NCBI GenBank assembly: GCA_002731215.1
Contig: PCAP01000008.1
Location: forward strand, 1 to 59,914
DNA: 59,914 nt
Direction of reading: 5' to 3'
Origin: Acidobacteriota bacterium
GTDB lineage: Bacteria > Acidobacteriota > UBA890
Position numbers and translations under genes: made by a program. Each line of letters starts with the position of its first letter. The stretch's first letter is position 1. Below the pieces are notes generated by a model, which was given only the letters and a program-made list of their open reading frames with translations, searched no databases and had not been told where the DNA came from. Below are positions 46,629-57,096 of this stretch, one piece after another.

Positions 46629-47411
46629 TTAAGCGTAACCACTTGCTTTACGCATATGCGCCTGTGGCGCGCTCAGAATCCAGGGGCCTTCTTCAGTTAT
46701 AGCCACGCTGTGCTCAAAATGAGCCGACGGTCGACGATCCTTGGTAACGGCAGTCCAACCATCGCCCAGGATCTCAACTTCATGAGTCCCCATGTTAACC
46801 ATAGGCTCGATCGCTAAAACCATTCCAGCACGTAGCCTTTGACCAACCCCTGGCCGACCGAAATTGGGAATTTGAAGGTCTTCATGTAACACCGACCCAA
46901 TACCGTGACCGACAAACTCGCGAACAACAGAAAATCCAGCCGTCTCAACGTGTGACTGCACAGCATATGAAATGTCTCCAACACGTTTCCCAACTCGGCA
47001 TTGATCAATGGCACGTTGCAGTGACTCCTCAGTTACCCGCAAGAGTCGCCCAATTTCGGCATCCACCGGAGGAACAGCTACAGTCGTGGCCGAATCACCA
47101 TAGAAGCCCTCAATTTTGACTCCCAGGTCCATACTAACCACGTCTCCTGGCGCAACTTTGCGCTCGTGCGCCGGAATACCATGCACAATTTCTTCATTCA
47201 ATGACGCGCAGACACTCCCCGGAAAGCCACGATATCCCTTAAAGGCAGGATCCCCTCCAAGTTCACGCACCCGACCTTCGGCGTACTCATCGAGCTCGCC
47301 TGTGCTGACTCCTGGCTGCACGCGCTGAACAAGCTCGCTTAAAACTTGTGAAACCACCTGGTTGGCACGGTGCATGATTTCAAGTTCGGTCCTCGATTTG
47401 CAAATAATCAT
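46629..47411 (-). CDS. map: type I methionine aminopeptidase
   Basis: Metal ligands in the context VSMDLGV, GHGIG and LAIEPM. Confidence 0.95.
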   Translation of the reverse strand: MIICKSRTELEIMHRANQVVSQVLSELVQRVQPGVSTGELDEYAEGRVRELGGDPAFKGYRGFPGSVCASLNEEIVHGIPAHERKVAPGDVVSMDLGVKIEGFYGDSATTVAVPPVDAEIGRLLRVTEESLQRAIDQCRVGKRVGDISYAVQSHVETAGFSVVREFVGHGIGSVLHEDLQIPNFGRPGVGQRLRAGMVLAIEPMVNMGTHEVEILGDGWTAVTKDRRPSAHFEHSVAITEEGPWILSAPQAHMRKASGYA

Positions 47412-47998
47412 CCCTGTAGATGCTCCCGCACAGTGGCGTCCATTCGGTCAAAGATTTCGTCAACCGTGCCAATACCAGCTATCTCTGTCATGACACCCTT
47501 GTCTCGGTAAAATTCCACAAGCGGTTCGGTAAGTTCCCGGTAGACGCGCAAGCGTTCCAAAACAACGTGATCTTCGTCATCGTCCCTCTTGCCTGCTTCA
47601 CCTGCTTTCTCGCGACGACCAGAGATACGCCGGATGACCTCTTCCTCCGGCACGTCAAGCACAAGAACCAGATTGCTTCGTCCTTGGCCAATGCGCCGCA
47701 CTAGTGGGTCCAGCGTTTCCGCTTGACCCGTAGTACGCGGGTACCCATCAAGGATTGCTCCCGAAGCACAATCGGGTTGAGAGAGCCGATCCTCAACAAC
47801 TTCAAGCATAACGTCATCCGGGACGAGTTCCCCGGCCTCCATAATCCCTTCTACCCTCTCACCAAGCGGGGTGCCAGCGGCAACCGACGCTCGCAACATA
47901 TCACCGGTCGAAATCTGTGGAATACCATATTTGGTCGACAAACGAGCAGCTTGTGTGCCCTTGCCTGCCCCGGGAGGACCGAGAAGAACAATCAGCAC
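47408..47998 (-). CDS. adk: adenylate kinase (short-lid type)
   Basis: LLGPPGAGKGTQ, ILDGYPRT. GTG 47998 is preferred (GGGAG SD 7 nt upstream, no overlap with secY). The ORF remains open up to GTG 48049. Confidence 0.9.
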   Translation of the reverse strand: MLIVLLGPPGAGKGTQAARLSTKYGIPQISTGDMLRASVAAGTPLGERVEGIMEAGELVPDDVMLEVVEDRLSQPDCASGAILDGYPRTTGQAETLDPLVRRIGQGRSNLVLVLDVPEEEVIRRISGRREKAGEAGKRDDDEDHVVLERLRVYRELTEPLVEFYRDKGVMTEIAGIGTVDEIFDRMDATVREHLQG

Positions 47999-48020
47999 AA
48001 TGGCGCTCCCAGCAACAACA

Positions 48021-49397
48021 TCAGTAGCGGCGACCTTTGATTCGCCCACCCTTCATAAAACCTTCGTAGTGTCGCATAACTAGTTGACTCTCAACCTGCC
48101 TTACCGTGTCCATGGCAACTCCAACAAGAATCAACAAAGAAGTGCCACCAAAATAGAAGTTGATTCCCAGCCCAGTCGTGAACCAGATTGGCAATGCACT
48201 GTCCAGAAACGGCCCAATGAAGGGAATCGGTGCAACCTGGAAGCCCGCCATTAAGAACTGCGGTAATAGAGAAACCAACGTCAGGTAGATGGAGCCAATG
48301 AACGTGAGGCGGGTCAAGATACCGTCAATATAGTCTGCCGTGCGTTTGCCCGGGCGGATGCCAGGAATGAACCCGCCGTACTTTCTCATGTTGTCAGCCA
48401 CATCGACCGGATTAAAAATGATCGCTGTATAAAAGTAACAAAAGAAGATAATGCTCGCCGCATACATGATCGTGTACACAGGATGGCCCCAGGTGAGCGC
48501 CGCCGTGACTGCTTGCGCCCATGGATGAGTCACAAACTGGGTGATCGTCTGTGGAAACATGATAATCGAAGATGCAAAGATGACGGGTATAACGCCGGCT
48601 GTATTGACACGAATTGGCAAATGAGTGCTTTGACCACCATACATTTTTCGGCCAACCACACGTTTGGCGTACTGTACTGGTATGCGCCGTTGGGAACTCT
48701 CCATAAGGACGACGAAGCCTGTGACGCCAACCATCATTACAACCAGAATGAACATCGTGAAGATGTTCAAAGACCCGACTTCAAGTTGCGCATAGGTACC
48801 AATAATGCCGCTCGGCAAACCCACCGCGATCCCTGAAAAGATCAGTAGCGAGATACCGTTCCCAACACCACGCTCAGAGATTTGCTCACCGAGCCACATT
48901 AGAAACGCGGTGCCGGTGGTCAATGTCAGTATCGCCATAAACCGGAATCCCCAGCCCGGATTCAGAACGAACGGTTGGTTGCCAGCTTGAGCCTCAAGCG
49001 CGAAGGAGATGCCAGCCGACTGAATGATTGATAACACAACTGTCAGGTAGCGTGTGTAGCGGGTGATTTTCTTTTTTCCAAGCTCTCCCTCCTTCTGTAA
49101 CTTCTCCAGGTAAGGCCAAACAACAGTAAGAAGCTGCAGAATGATCGAAGCCGAAATGTACGGCATGATGCCAAGAGCAAACACCGTCATCTGGCTGAGA
49201 GCTTGGCCGGAAAACAGGTTCACCAAGCCAAAGAAATTCCCCTGCTGCGCGTTGAAGAACTCAAGAATTGCATCGGAGTTAACACCCGGGATCGGGATGT
49301 TCGCCCCGACACGAAACACTGCGAGCAAGCCGAAGGTGTACAGAACGCGGTTCCGCAGGTCGGGGATCGCAAAAATATTACGAACCGTGTCCTTCAC
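48021..49397 (-). CDS. secY: preprotein translocase subunit SecY
   Basis: 458 aa with 10 TM segments. The GTG start overlaps the rplO stop (GTGA). Confidence 0.96.
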   Translation of the reverse strand: MKDTVRNIFAIPDLRNRVLYTFGLLAVFRVGANIPIPGVNSDAILEFFNAQQGNFFGLVNLFSGQALSQMTVFALGIMPYISASIILQLLTVVWPYLEKLQKEGELGKKKITRYTRYLTVVLSIIQSAGISFALEAQAGNQPFVLNPGWGFRFMAILTLTTGTAFLMWLGEQISERGVGNGISLLIFSGIAVGLPSGIIGTYAQLEVGSLNIFTMFILVVMMVGVTGFVVLMESSQRRIPVQYAKRVVGRKMYGGQSTHLPIRVNTAGVIPVIFASSIIMFPQTITQFVTHPWAQAVTAALTWGHPVYTIMYAASIIFFCYFYTAIIFNPVDVADNMRKYGGFIPGIRPGKRTADYIDGILTRLTFIGSIYLTLVSLLPQFLMAGFQVAPIPFIGPFLDSALPIWFTTGLGINFYFGGTSLLILVGVAMDTVRQVESQLVMRHYEGFMKGGRIKGRRY

Positions 49398-50056
49398 TCG
49401 GTTGCCTCATCGTCGTCGCCTGAAGCCTTGACAGTATCATCCTCATCACTAACAACCTCCGTGGCCTCTGCTGCTGCCACTTCGGCATCTTCCGCGACAC
49501 TGCTCACCACCACTTCTGCAGTCCCATTCTCACTGCCCTCAACAACTTCTCCATCTGCAGCCCGAGGCTCGGATGTCGTAATCTCAGCGGTTTCAGCCTC
49601 AGGATCATTCAGATGGATAACCTCAGCCTTACCGCCTGCAGCTACAATCTTTTCGGCCGCAGTCTTGGAAAAACGATGTGCCCTGACAGTCACCGCAACC
49701 TCAAGTTCACCACGCCCGAGAATGACGATGCCGTCAAACCGCCCTCTGGTTAAGCCGGACTTAGCGAGCATCTCGGGATCGATCGTTTCACCGCTGGTGA
49801 AACGATCGAGCTGGCTTAGATTCACCTCGGCCCACACTTTACGGAAAGGGTAGTTGCTGAATCCCCGCTTCGGGATGCGACGCACAAGTGGCATCTGCCC
49901 CCCCTCAAAGGCCTCCTTCCGCTTGTATCCTGAGCGCGACTTGGCACCTTTGTGACCACGCCCACTGGTCTTGCCAGTTCCTGAGCTACGGCCTCGACCA
50001 ACGCGTTTACGAGGCTGCCGGGCGCCGGACTTCTTCCGCACGTCGTGCAGCTTCAT
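49394..50056 (-). CDS. rplO: 50S ribosomal protein L15 (uL15) with about 73-aa acidic C-terminal extension
   Basis: The core RKRVGRGRSSGTGKTSGRGHKG...GGKAEVI spans about 147 aa. A D/E-rich tail follows, running to the stop that overlaps the secY start. Confidence 0.93.
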   Translation of the reverse strand: MKLHDVRKKSGARQPRKRVGRGRSSGTGKTSGRGHKGAKSRSGYKRKEAFEGGQMPLVRRIPKRGFSNYPFRKVWAEVNLSQLDRFTSGETIDPEMLAKSGLTRGRFDGIVILGRGELEVAVTVRAHRFSKTAAEKIVAAGGKAEVIHLNDPEAETAEITTSEPRAADGEVVEGSENGTAEVVVSSVAEDAEVAAAEATEVVSDEDDTVKASGDDDEATE

Positions 50057-50490
50057 GATTTACCTCCACTCGTCTTCTTTTTGGTCGTCTTTTTCTTGGT
50101 CGTCTTTTTCTTGGCCGTCTTTTTCTTGGCCGTCTTTTTCTTGGCCGTCTTCTTCTTTACCGTCTTCTTCTTTACCGTCTTCTTCTTCGCCGTCTTCGGA
50201 GCAGCCGGAACTTCGGCGGACAAGGTCTTGTCCGGCTGCCCAGACTCCTCGACGGCAGCGATGTCAGGTTGCTCCAGCTTTGGTTTTTCCTGCGGCGGAT
50301 CGGGCCCCTCAATTTGTACGAGGTGTGCAATGGCTCGTACCGTGCCACGGACAGCCGGATTGTCAGGCCGCTCAACAACCTGGCCGATACGACGAAGCCC
50401 GAGTGTACGCAGAGCCTCCCGCTGTCTTAGCGTCTGGCCGATGCGGCTACGAACCTGACGGATTCGCAAAACAGATGCGTTCTTTACCAC
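50053..50490 (-). CDS. rpmD: 50S ribosomal protein L30 (uL30) with about 84-aa C-terminal extension ending in 8x KKKT[AVT]
   Basis: The core LRIRQVRSRIGQTLRQREALRTLGLRRIGQVVERPDNPAVRGTVRAIAHLVQIE spans about 61 aa. A Pro/Glu linker and a Lys-rich repeat follow. The stop overlaps the rplO ATG (ATGA). Confidence 0.9.
   Translation of the reverse strand: MVKNASVLRIRQVRSRIGQTLRQREALRTLGLRRIGQVVERPDNPAVRGTVRAIAHLVQIEGPDPPQEKPKLEQPDIAAVEESGQPDKTLSAEVPAAPKTAKKKTVKKKTVKKKTAKKKTAKKKTAKKKTTKKKTTKKKTSGGKS
50071..50197 (-). repeat. 15-bp tandem repeat, 8 units plus a partial unit, coding (A/V/T)KKKT
   Basis: Plus-strand units are cgtcttctttttggt, cgtctttttcttggt, cgtctttttcttggc x3, cgtcttcttctttac x2, cgtcttcttcttcgc, at an exact 15-nt period from 50071. 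Confidence 0.95.
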
Positions 50491-50510
50491 TCTCTCTCGT
50501 CCCCCGTCCT

Positions 50511-51053
50511 CTAGCCGTTAATGTCGCTGTAGCTCTGGTATGGCTCAACGCTGTCGGGGTTGAGTCCGCGCATCTTGGCGATCATCTCTCCATCGCGAAG
50601 CTGGCCAAGCGCTTCGAACGTCGCTTTCAGCATGTTGTGCGGGTTATGGGAGCCCAGACACTTCGTCAGGATGTCCTGGTAACCGGCGAGTTCAACCACA
50701 GCCCGAATAGCAGCACCCGCAATAACCCCGGTACCGGGAGAAGCAGGCTTGAGCAGAACGCTGCCCGCCCCGAATTTCCCGACAACACGGTGCGGAATCG
50801 TTGTCCCCATCATCGGGAACTTGCGCAAATCCTTATGCGCCACCTGGACAGCCTTGCGGATGGCCAGGGGTACTTCTTTTGCTTTACCAAGCCCGTAACC
50901 AGCATGGCCATGCCTGTCACCGACAACCACTAGCGCATTAAAGCCGAGGTTCTTACCACCTTTGACAACCTTGGTAACACGGTTAATGGCAACAACAGTG
51001 TCCTGAAGCTCGTGCTCCAGCGAATTTGGATCAATTCGATCAATATGGCTCAT
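50511..51053 (-). CDS. rpsE: 30S ribosomal protein S5 (uS5)
   Basis: Start at ATG 51053 (MSHIDRIDP...[27 protein letters not shown]). The ORF-track start 51302 runs through rplR and is spurious. Confidence 0.95.
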   Translation of the reverse strand: MSHIDRIDPNSLEHELQDTVVAINRVTKVVKGGKNLGFNALVVVGDRHGHAGYGLGKAKEVPLAIRKAVQVAHKDLRKFPMMGTTIPHRVVGKFGAGSVLLKPASPGTGVIAGAAIRAVVELAGYQDILTKCLGSHNPHNMLKATFEALGQLRDGEMIAKMRGLNPDSVEPYQSYSDING

Positions 51054-51069
51054 GGTCAGACCTTCCTGG

Positions 51070-51447
51070 CTAAAACTCGAGACCAACTTCGCGTGCAGCA
51101 TCAGCGACAGCGCGGACGCGGCCATGATACGCATAACCACCACGGTCAAATACAATTTTGACAATACCCGCAGCCTTGGCGCGCTCGCCAAGCATTTTGC
51201 CCGCTGCGGAGGCAGCTGGGACCGTGGCTCCGTACCTAAAACTCTGCTCCCTAAATGAGGCCTCCTGGGTCGAGACTGATACCAAAGTCTTGCCCTCGAC
51301 ATCGTCTATCAGTTGCAAGTGCAAATGGCGGACGGAACGAAATACCGTGAGACGAGGCCTCTCCGCAGTACCACGCACGCGACGACGAATTCGCTGCCGC
51401 ACGCCAGCACGTCGGATTTCTTTCTTCTTACGCCGTTGTTTCAACAT
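51070..51447 (-). CDS. rplR: 50S ribosomal protein L18 (uL18)
   Basis: [19 protein letters not shown]...Q.ID...[12 protein letters not shown]. Confidence 0.96.
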   Translation of the reverse strand: MLKQRRKKKEIRRAGVRQRIRRRVRGTAERPRLTVFRSVRHLHLQLIDDVEGKTLVSVSTQEASFREQSFRYGATVPAASAAGKMLGERAKAAGIVKIVFDRGGYAYHGRVRAVADAAREVGLEF

Positions 51448-51453
51448 GTCCCT

Positions 51454-52005
51454 TCAAGCCCCCAACGCACTGACACCAGCCTTGCCGACTTTCTTGCGTA
51501 CAATCTCATCGGCGTAACGAATTCCCTTGCCTTTGTAGGCATCAGGGGGCCGGAAACGTCTTATCTGCGCCGCAATCTCACCCACTTGCTGCTTGTCAAT
51601 GCCCTTGACGAAAATCTTCGTTCGATCCTCAACGTTGATTTCGATCCCGTCCGGCACTGGAAAGTTCACCGGGTGTGAGAATCCGAGTTGCAAGACGAGG
51701 GTTTTGCCTTCCATCTTGGCCCGGTAACCAATTCCTTCAATTAGAAGGTCACGATGAAAGCCCTCATGGACACCTTGCACGGCGTTGGCTGCAAGTGCAC
51801 GGGCCAGGCCATGATATGCGCGGGTTTGCTTCTCGTTGTTGGCACGCTCGAAACGCACGCCACGGTCTTCTTCGATCATAGTGATCCCCGGGGGCACCGG
51901 GCTATCCAGTTCACCCTTCGGGCCGCTAATTTTCAGCGCATCGCCCTTCTGTTGGACGGAAACCCCTTCCGGCAAAGTAATTGGCATTAATCCGATTCTT
52001 GACAT
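51454..52005 (-). CDS. rplF: 50S ribosomal protein L6 (uL6)
   Basis: MSRIGLMPITLPEGV...GIGYRA...PDAYKGKGIRY. Confidence 0.96.
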   Translation of the reverse strand: MSRIGLMPITLPEGVSVQQKGDALKISGPKGELDSPVPPGITMIEEDRGVRFERANNEKQTRAYHGLARALAANAVQGVHEGFHRDLLIEGIGYRAKMEGKTLVLQLGFSHPVNFPVPDGIEINVEDRTKIFVKGIDKQQVGEIAAQIRRFRPPDAYKGKGIRYADEIVRKKVGKAGVSALGA

Positions 52006-52007
52006 AA

Positions 52008-52403
52008 CTACCAGACTCTACAAATGACTTCGCCGCCAACGCCAAGTTCCCGACAACGACGATCGGTTAACACACCTTGTGATGTTGAAACGATTGCCAC
52101 TCCCAGACCATTGAGCACAACTGGCACGTCTTCCTTGCCACAGTAGACTCGACACCCAGGTTTACTGACTCGTTCAAGGCGACGAATCACTGGCTTTCGA
52201 CCCTCCACATACTTCAAAGACAATTCGATGTTGCTAGCGTTCTCACCTTCTCTGAGTTCAATTTTCCCGACAAACCCCTCTTCACTAAGAATACGAGCGA
52301 TTTCCTTCTTGAGCCCCGAAGAGGGAATGACAACGGAGTCATGATTCGCGTTCAATCCGTTACGGATCCGGGTAAGCATGTCGGCAATAGGGTCAGTCAT
52401 CAT
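52008..52403 (-). CDS. rpsH: 30S ribosomal protein S8 (uS8)
   Basis: [15 protein letters not shown]... Confidence 0.96.
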   Translation of the reverse strand: MMTDPIADMLTRIRNGLNANHDSVVIPSSGLKKEIARILSEEGFVGKIELREGENASNIELSLKYVEGRKPVIRRLERVSKPGCRVYCGKEDVPVVLNGLGVAIVSTSQGVLTDRRCRELGVGGEVICRVW

Positions 52404-52414
52404 CGTTCTATTTC

Positions 52415-52600
52415 CTACCAGCTCGCCTTACGGACACCTGGGATCTCACCGCGCAGAGCGCGCTCCCGAAAACAAATCCGGCACATCTGGAAGCGCCGTA
52501 AATACCCACGGACGCGCCCACAGGTACGACACCGGTTAATTTTGCGGGACTTAAACTTCGGCTTACGCTTAGCCTTTGCTATCCATGCAGTGGTTGCCAC
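52415..52600 (-). CDS. rpsN: 30S ribosomal protein S14, zinc-binding type Z (uS14)
   Basis: 61 aa with CRTCGR...CRICFRE Cys pairs. Confidence 0.95.
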   Translation of the reverse strand: MATTAWIAKAKRKPKFKSRKINRCRTCGRVRGYLRRFQMCRICFRERALRGEIPGVRKASW

Positions 52601-52603
52601 GTT

Positions 52604-53164
52604 CTATCCCTGTTGCTGTTGTTGGAAGGGAATCCCGAAACTCCGGAGAAGAGCACGTGCCGGCTCGTCGCTTTCTGCAGTTGTGCAGATCGTGACGTTC
52701 ATTCCCCGGACACGGTCAACCTGAGTGTAATCAACCTCGGGGAAAATCAACTGGTCTTTAAGGCCTATCGTATAATTGCCACGGCCGTCGAATGCATCAC
52801 GAGACACCCCTCGAAAGTCACGCACCCGAGGCAGAACGATAGAAATCAGTCGGTCAAGAAACTCGAACATACGTTCGCCACGCAAGGTTACCTTAGCACC
52901 GATAGGCATACCTTCGCGCAATCGAAACGAAGCCACCGACTTTCGTGCCCTGCGAATACTAGGCTTCTGGCCAGTAATCGCCGTGAGTTCGTCTACGGCT
53001 CGATCGAGTTCCTTTATGTCCTGTGTGGCGCGGCCTACACCCACGTTGACGACGATCTTCAACAACTTGGGGACCGCCATCGGGTTTGACAGGCCAAGTT
53101 CCTCTTGGAGTTGGCCTTGAAGATCATCCCTGTACCGTTCTTTTAGCCGAGCAACCATAATCAA
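52604..53164 (-). CDS. rplE: 50S ribosomal protein L5 (uL5)
   Basis: RLKERYRDD...[18 protein letters not shown]... Confidence 0.96.
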   Translation of the reverse strand: MIMVARLKERYRDDLQGQLQEELGLSNPMAVPKLLKIVVNVGVGRATQDIKELDRAVDELTAITGQKPSIRRARKSVASFRLREGMPIGAKVTLRGERMFEFLDRLISIVLPRVRDFRGVSRDAFDGRGNYTIGLKDQLIFPEVDYTQVDRVRGMNVTICTTAESDEPARALLRSFGIPFQQQQQG

Positions 53165-53493
53165 ACCTTATCCAGTGTTGCCCCCGACTTGGAAGCTACG
53201 CGAACCCTACTCCCGTCCTGTAGAGTCTTGCGCCTAACGCGCGAGGGAGCGTTTGTCTCAGGGCATACGATCGCCACGTTGCTGATGTGCAACGCCCGTT
53301 CACTCTCAACAAGTCCACCCTTGACATTCTTCTGAGGGTTCGATTTCACAGCTTTCTTTACCATATTGACTCCCTCGACAAGAACCTTCTCTTCCCTTGG
53401 AAGCACCATCATGACGCGGCCTGTCTTGCCCCGGTCTTTCCCACTTATGACGTAGACCTGGTCGTTCTTACGGATATTGATTCGGCGGGACAT
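53161..53493 (-). CDS. rplX: 50S ribosomal protein L24 (uL24)
   Basis: [24 protein letters not shown] motif. Confidence 0.95.
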   Translation of the reverse strand: MSRRINIRKNDQVYVISGKDRGKTGRVMMVLPREEKVLVEGVNMVKKAVKSNPQKNVKGGLVESERALHISNVAIVCPETNAPSRVRRKTLQDGSRVRVASKSGATLDKV

Positions 53494-53495
53494 GA

Positions 53496-53867
53496 CTACA
53501 GCACCTCCGGAGCCAGCGACACAATTCGCATGAATTGGCGTTCCCGAAGTTCACGTGCCACCGGACCGAAAACACGGGTGCCTATCGGCTCGTTGCTGTC
53601 GTTAATCAACACCGCTGCATTGTTATCGAATCGAATGTACGAGCCATCGCCACGTTTTGTCTCTTTGGCAGTGCGCACGATCACGGCACGCACAACCTCC
53701 CCTTTCTTGACAGTCCCCCGTGGCACTGCTTCTTTCACGGAAGCTGAGATGATGTCACCAATACCAGCCGTCCTTCTAACGCCGGAGCCTCCGATAGGAG
53801 TAATGCAGGCAATCTTGCGTGCCCCCGAATTATCTGCGACTTCCAATATTGTTTGCATGCGAATCAT
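53496..53867 (-). CDS. rplN: 50S ribosomal protein L14 (uL14)
   Basis: [22 protein letters not shown]... Confidence 0.97.
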   Translation of the reverse strand: MIRMQTILEVADNSGARKIACITPIGGSGVRRTAGIGDIISASVKEAVPRGTVKKGEVVRAVIVRTAKETKRGDGSYIRFDNNAAVLINDSNEPIGTRVFGPVARELRERQFMRIVSLAPEVL

Positions 53868-53891
53868 GACGAATTCCTCGATAGCGGACGG

Positions 53892-54188
53892 CTACGTACG
53901 CGGAGCACGCTCCATAACTTCCGCCACACGCCATCGCTTGCGGCGCGACATCGGGCGGCACTCAACAATTCGAACCCGGTCACCAGTGCGGCAATCGTTT
54001 TTTTCGTCGTGGGCAACAAACTTGCGACGCACACGAACGATCTTCTGATAGAGCGGATGAGGTGAGGCCCGCTCAACTGTGACGACAATAGTTTTATCCA
54101 TACCATCACTCAGCACGACCCCTACCTCTTCGCGACCTCGTCCCCGGGCCTTAGCTTTGTTAACTATCTGTTCTTCAGCAGCCATCAA
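53892..54188 (-). CDS. rpsQ: 30S ribosomal protein S17 (uS17)
   Basis: GVVLSDGMDKTIVVTVER...HPLYQKIVRVRRKFVAHDE. Confidence 0.95.
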   Translation of the reverse strand: MMAAEEQIVNKAKARGRGREEVGVVLSDGMDKTIVVTVERASPHPLYQKIVRVRRKFVAHDEKNDCRTGDRVRIVECRPMSRRKRWRVAEVMERAPRT

Positions 54189-54466
54189 CCCGTTTCCTTA
54201 ATCTGTTCCAGTTCCGTGTCTATAGAGTTGTTGCCAGACGTAGTACGAGTTTCTGTCGGAGCTAGCGGCACCTCCACCCCAAGCTCTTTCTCCCTTAACA
54301 CCGTCATCACACGCGCAATGTCTCTTCGGATACCACGGAGCATCTGTGGGTTCTCAATCTGCCCTGTTGTCTGCTGAAATCGAAGTTTCAGGAGCTGCTC
54401 ACGCAGCTCCTCCGACTTGGCTGCCAATTCGGCGGGCGATAAATCACGAAGTATGTCAGCCTTCAT
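54185..54466 (-). CDS. rpmC: 50S ribosomal protein L29 (uL29) with about 30-aa C-terminal extension
   Basis: [35 protein letters not shown] core, then [30 protein letters not shown]. Confidence 0.93.
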   Translation of the reverse strand: MKADILRDLSPAELAAKSEELREQLLKLRFQQTTGQIENPQMLRGIRRDIARVMTVLREKELGVEVPLAPTETRTTSGNNSIDTELEQIKETG

Positions 54467-54885
54467 CCGATTTCCTTCTCAAGACGACGTGTAACGCGTG
54501 TTCGTATGGGCAATTTTGAAGCCGCCAATCGCATCGCCTCACGAGCGAGTTCCTCAGAAACCCCTTCCATTTCATAAAGGATGCGCCCTGGACGTACCAC
54601 GGCCACCCACTCCTCGGGCGCGCCTTTTCCCTTTCCCATGCGGGTCTCGGCCGGCTTTTTCGTAATCGGCTTGTCAGGGAAGATACGGATCCAAACTTTC
54701 CCACCGCGCTTCGCGTGGCGCGTCATCGCAACACGTGCGGCCTCGATCTGGCGATTCGTAATCCACCCGCATTCCACTGCCTGAAGGCCGAACTCGCCAA
54801 ACTTAACCACTGCGCCACGTGTGGCTTGCCCGCGTCTCCGCCCACGGTGAACTTTGCGGCGTTTAATCTTTTTTGGCATCAACAT
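54463..54885 (-). CDS. rplP: 50S ribosomal protein L16 (uL16)
   Basis: [19 protein letters not shown]... Confidence 0.97.
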   Translation of the reverse strand: MLMPKKIKRRKVHRGRRRGQATRGAVVKFGEFGLQAVECGWITNRQIEAARVAMTRHAKRGGKVWIRIFPDKPITKKPAETRMGKGKGAPEEWVAVVRPGRILYEMEGVSEELAREAMRLAASKLPIRTRVTRRLEKEIG

Positions 54886-54922
54886 TGTTCAGTACCTCCA
54901 GAACCAAATCGCTGCGAACTCA

Positions 54923-55573
54923 CTAGCCTTTCGCCCCGCGGCCCTCCACGTCATAAATCTGCCCACGGTACACCCAAACCTTTACACCGATCTGGCCGTA
55001 GGTCGTAGCACTCTCCGCAAACCCATAATCGATATCTGCTCGCAAAGTATGTAGTGGCAAATTGCCTTGCAAGTACCACTCCGCACGAGAGATCTCGAGT
55101 CCGCCCAAGCGACCGCCACAGCGAACTTTGATCCCTTCTGCGCCGAACCTCATCGCGGTTTCTACTGCGCGGCGCATAGCACGACGGAAAGCAACCCGGC
55201 GTTGCAACTGAAGCGCAATGTTTTCAGCAACCAACTTGGCATCGAGCTCAGGACGATGCACTTCTTGGATGTTGACGTACACCTCACGATTAGTCTGGCC
55301 TTCGATATCCTTTTTTAGTCGATCGACCTCTGAACCGTTGCGCCCAATCACGATACCGGGACGAGCTGTGTGGATATCGACTTTCAACTTGTTAGCCGCA
55401 CGCTCGATCTCAACGCGCGACACACCAGCGTGATGGAATCGGCGGCTGATCATCTCACGTAGCGCGATATCCTCATGTAACAGATCAGCGTAGTCTCGCT
55501 TGGCGTACCATCGGGACCGCCAGTCCTGTGTATAGCCGAGCCGAAATCCGATCGGATGAACCTTCTGCCCCAT
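54923..55573 (-). CDS. rpsC: 30S ribosomal protein S3 (uS3)
   Basis: [24 protein letters not shown]... Confidence 0.97.
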   Translation of the reverse strand: MGQKVHPIGFRLGYTQDWRSRWYAKRDYADLLHEDIALREMISRRFHHAGVSRVEIERAANKLKVDIHTARPGIVIGRNGSEVDRLKKDIEGQTNREVYVNIQEVHRPELDAKLVAENIALQLQRRVAFRRAMRRAVETAMRFGAEGIKVRCGGRLGGLEISRAEWYLQGNLPLHTLRADIDYGFAESATTYGQIGVKVWVYRGQIYDVEGRGAKG

Positions 55574-55574
55574 A

Positions 55575-55943
55575 TCAGCCCTTCTTCCCTGCTAGTTTGA
55601 CCGTAATATGGCTAGTTCGCTTAATGATCGGGTGCGCTCGCCCCATTGGCTGGGGGCGTATCCGCATCGGCAATGAGGGGCCCTGATCAACGTAAACCTC
55701 AGCAACCACCAGGCGATCAATGTCGATCCCAGGGTCTAGGTTCTCAGCATTAGCAACTGCTGAACGAACCACTTTCTCAAGATCTCGGGCTGCACGACGC
55801 TTCGAGAGCTCCAATGTCCCCAGTGCGTCAGATACAGCGCAACCCCGGATGGTGTCCGCCACCAGGCGCACCTTTGTTGGGGCCCCTCTCACATAGCGAG
55901 CTGATGCCTGACTGAGAGCTTCCATTTCTCCCACTGCCTCCAC
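55575..55943 (-). CDS. rplV: 50S ribosomal protein L22 (uL22)
   Basis: [20 protein letters not shown]... The start is either GTG 55943 or ATG 55925. Confidence 0.95.
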   Translation of the reverse strand: MEAVGEMEALSQASARYVRGAPTKVRLVADTIRGCAVSDALGTLELSKRRAARDLEKVVRSAVANAENLDPGIDIDRLVVAEVYVDQGPSLPMRIRPQPMGRAHPIIKRTSHITVKLAGKKG

Positions 55944-56234
55944 CTAACGCACGATCGCTGAGCGGACCGACTTTCCGCCGCCAGAGTGGCTACGGAAAGT
56001 TCTTGTTGGGGCGAACTCGCCCAACTTGTGGCCAACCATATTTTCGGTGATGTAAACCGGGATAAACCGTTTCCCGTTATGCACGGCGAGGGTATGTCCA
56101 ACCATCTCGGGCACGATCGTCGAACGGCGTGACCAAGTCTTAATAACCTGCCGCTCACCTCCACGATTCATCGTTTCAATTTTCTTGGCGAGCGAAGGCT
56201 CGACATATGGACCCTTTTTTAGAGATCTTGTCAT
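55944..56234 (-). CDS. rpsS: 30S ribosomal protein S19 (uS19)
   Basis: [15 protein letters not shown]...[13 protein letters not shown]. Confidence 0.97.
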   Translation of the reverse strand: MTRSLKKGPYVEPSLAKKIETMNRGGERQVIKTWSRRSTIVPEMVGHTLAVHNGKRFIPVYITENMVGHKLGEFAPTRTFRSHSGGGKSVRSAIVR

Positions 56235-56249
56235 AGTAAATTAATCCCT

Positions 56250-57092
56250 CTAGCGCCTACGACGCCCTGCGTTCCGCCCACGCACGATGTACTTACCTGT
56301 TCGCTTAGTGTGTCGCGTCTTGGCCCCTTTGGTCGGCTTACCCCAAGGAGTGCAGGGATGGCGCCCTCCTGAAGCCTTGCCTTCGCCACCACCCATCGGG
56401 TGATCCACCGGGTTCATCGCGACACCACGCGTATGCGGCCGGCGGCCAAGCCAACGACGGCGCCCTGCCTTGCCGAAACTAATGTTCATATGATCGACAT
56501 TACCGATCTGGCCAACAACAGCTTTGCAATCCATGTGAATGAGACGAACTTCATTAGATGGCAGGCGGACATGGGCATATTTACCTTCTTTAGCCATAAG
56601 TGTCGCCTCAGCGCCAGCACTCCGCGCAATTTGGGCACCTTTCTGGGGCTTCATCTCGATGCAACAAATCGGTGTCCCCAGAGGAATCGAACGTAATGGG
56701 AGTGCGTTACCAAGTCGCGGCTCTGCCTCGGGACCAGACATCAGAGTCGCACCAACCCTGAGGCCTCGCGGTGCCAAGATATAACGCTTTTCCCCATCAG
56801 CATAATGCAGCAAAGCAATATGAGCCGTACGATTGGGGTCATATTCGATGCTGTGCACCTTGGCTGGGATTCCGTCTTTGTTTCGGCGAAAATCAATGTC
56901 GCGGTAAAGTCGCTTATGTCCCCCGCCACGATGCCGAATTGTGATTCGACCCTTGTGGTTACGACCAGAGATTCGTTTTTTTCCCTTGGTCAAGGACTTG
57001 AGGGGTTTCGTACCTTTCGAGAGCTCCGGGTATTCCGGAGCTCTTCGGAATCTTGTGCCCGGTGACGTGGGTTTTAATTGCCTCAGGGCCAT
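56250..57092 (-). CDS. rplB: 50S ribosomal protein L2 (uL2)
   Basis: 280 aa. ...[13 protein letters not shown]...[10 protein letters not shown]. Confidence 0.97.
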   Translation of the reverse strand: MALRQLKPTSPGTRFRRAPEYPELSKGTKPLKSLTKGKKRISGRNHKGRITIRHRGGGHKRLYRDIDFRRNKDGIPAKVHSIEYDPNRTAHIALLHYADGEKRYILAPRGLRVGATLMSGPEAEPRLGNALPLRSIPLGTPICCIEMKPQKGAQIARSAGAEATLMAKEGKYAHVRLPSNEVRLIHMDCKAVVGQIGNVDHMNISFGKAGRRRWLGRRPHTRGVAMNPVDHPMGGGEGKASGGRHPCTPWGKPTKGAKTRHTKRTGKYIVRGRNAGRRRR

Positions 57093-57096
57093 CGGG

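Noticed and set aside
49971-50933. 320-aa plus-strand ORF (SSFWSSFSWSSFSW..., Ser/Phe/Pro repeats) antisense to rpmD and rpsE
   Set aside because: It is the reverse-complement shadow of the KKKT repeat and of well-supported ribosomal protein genes. It is low-complexity with no start context.
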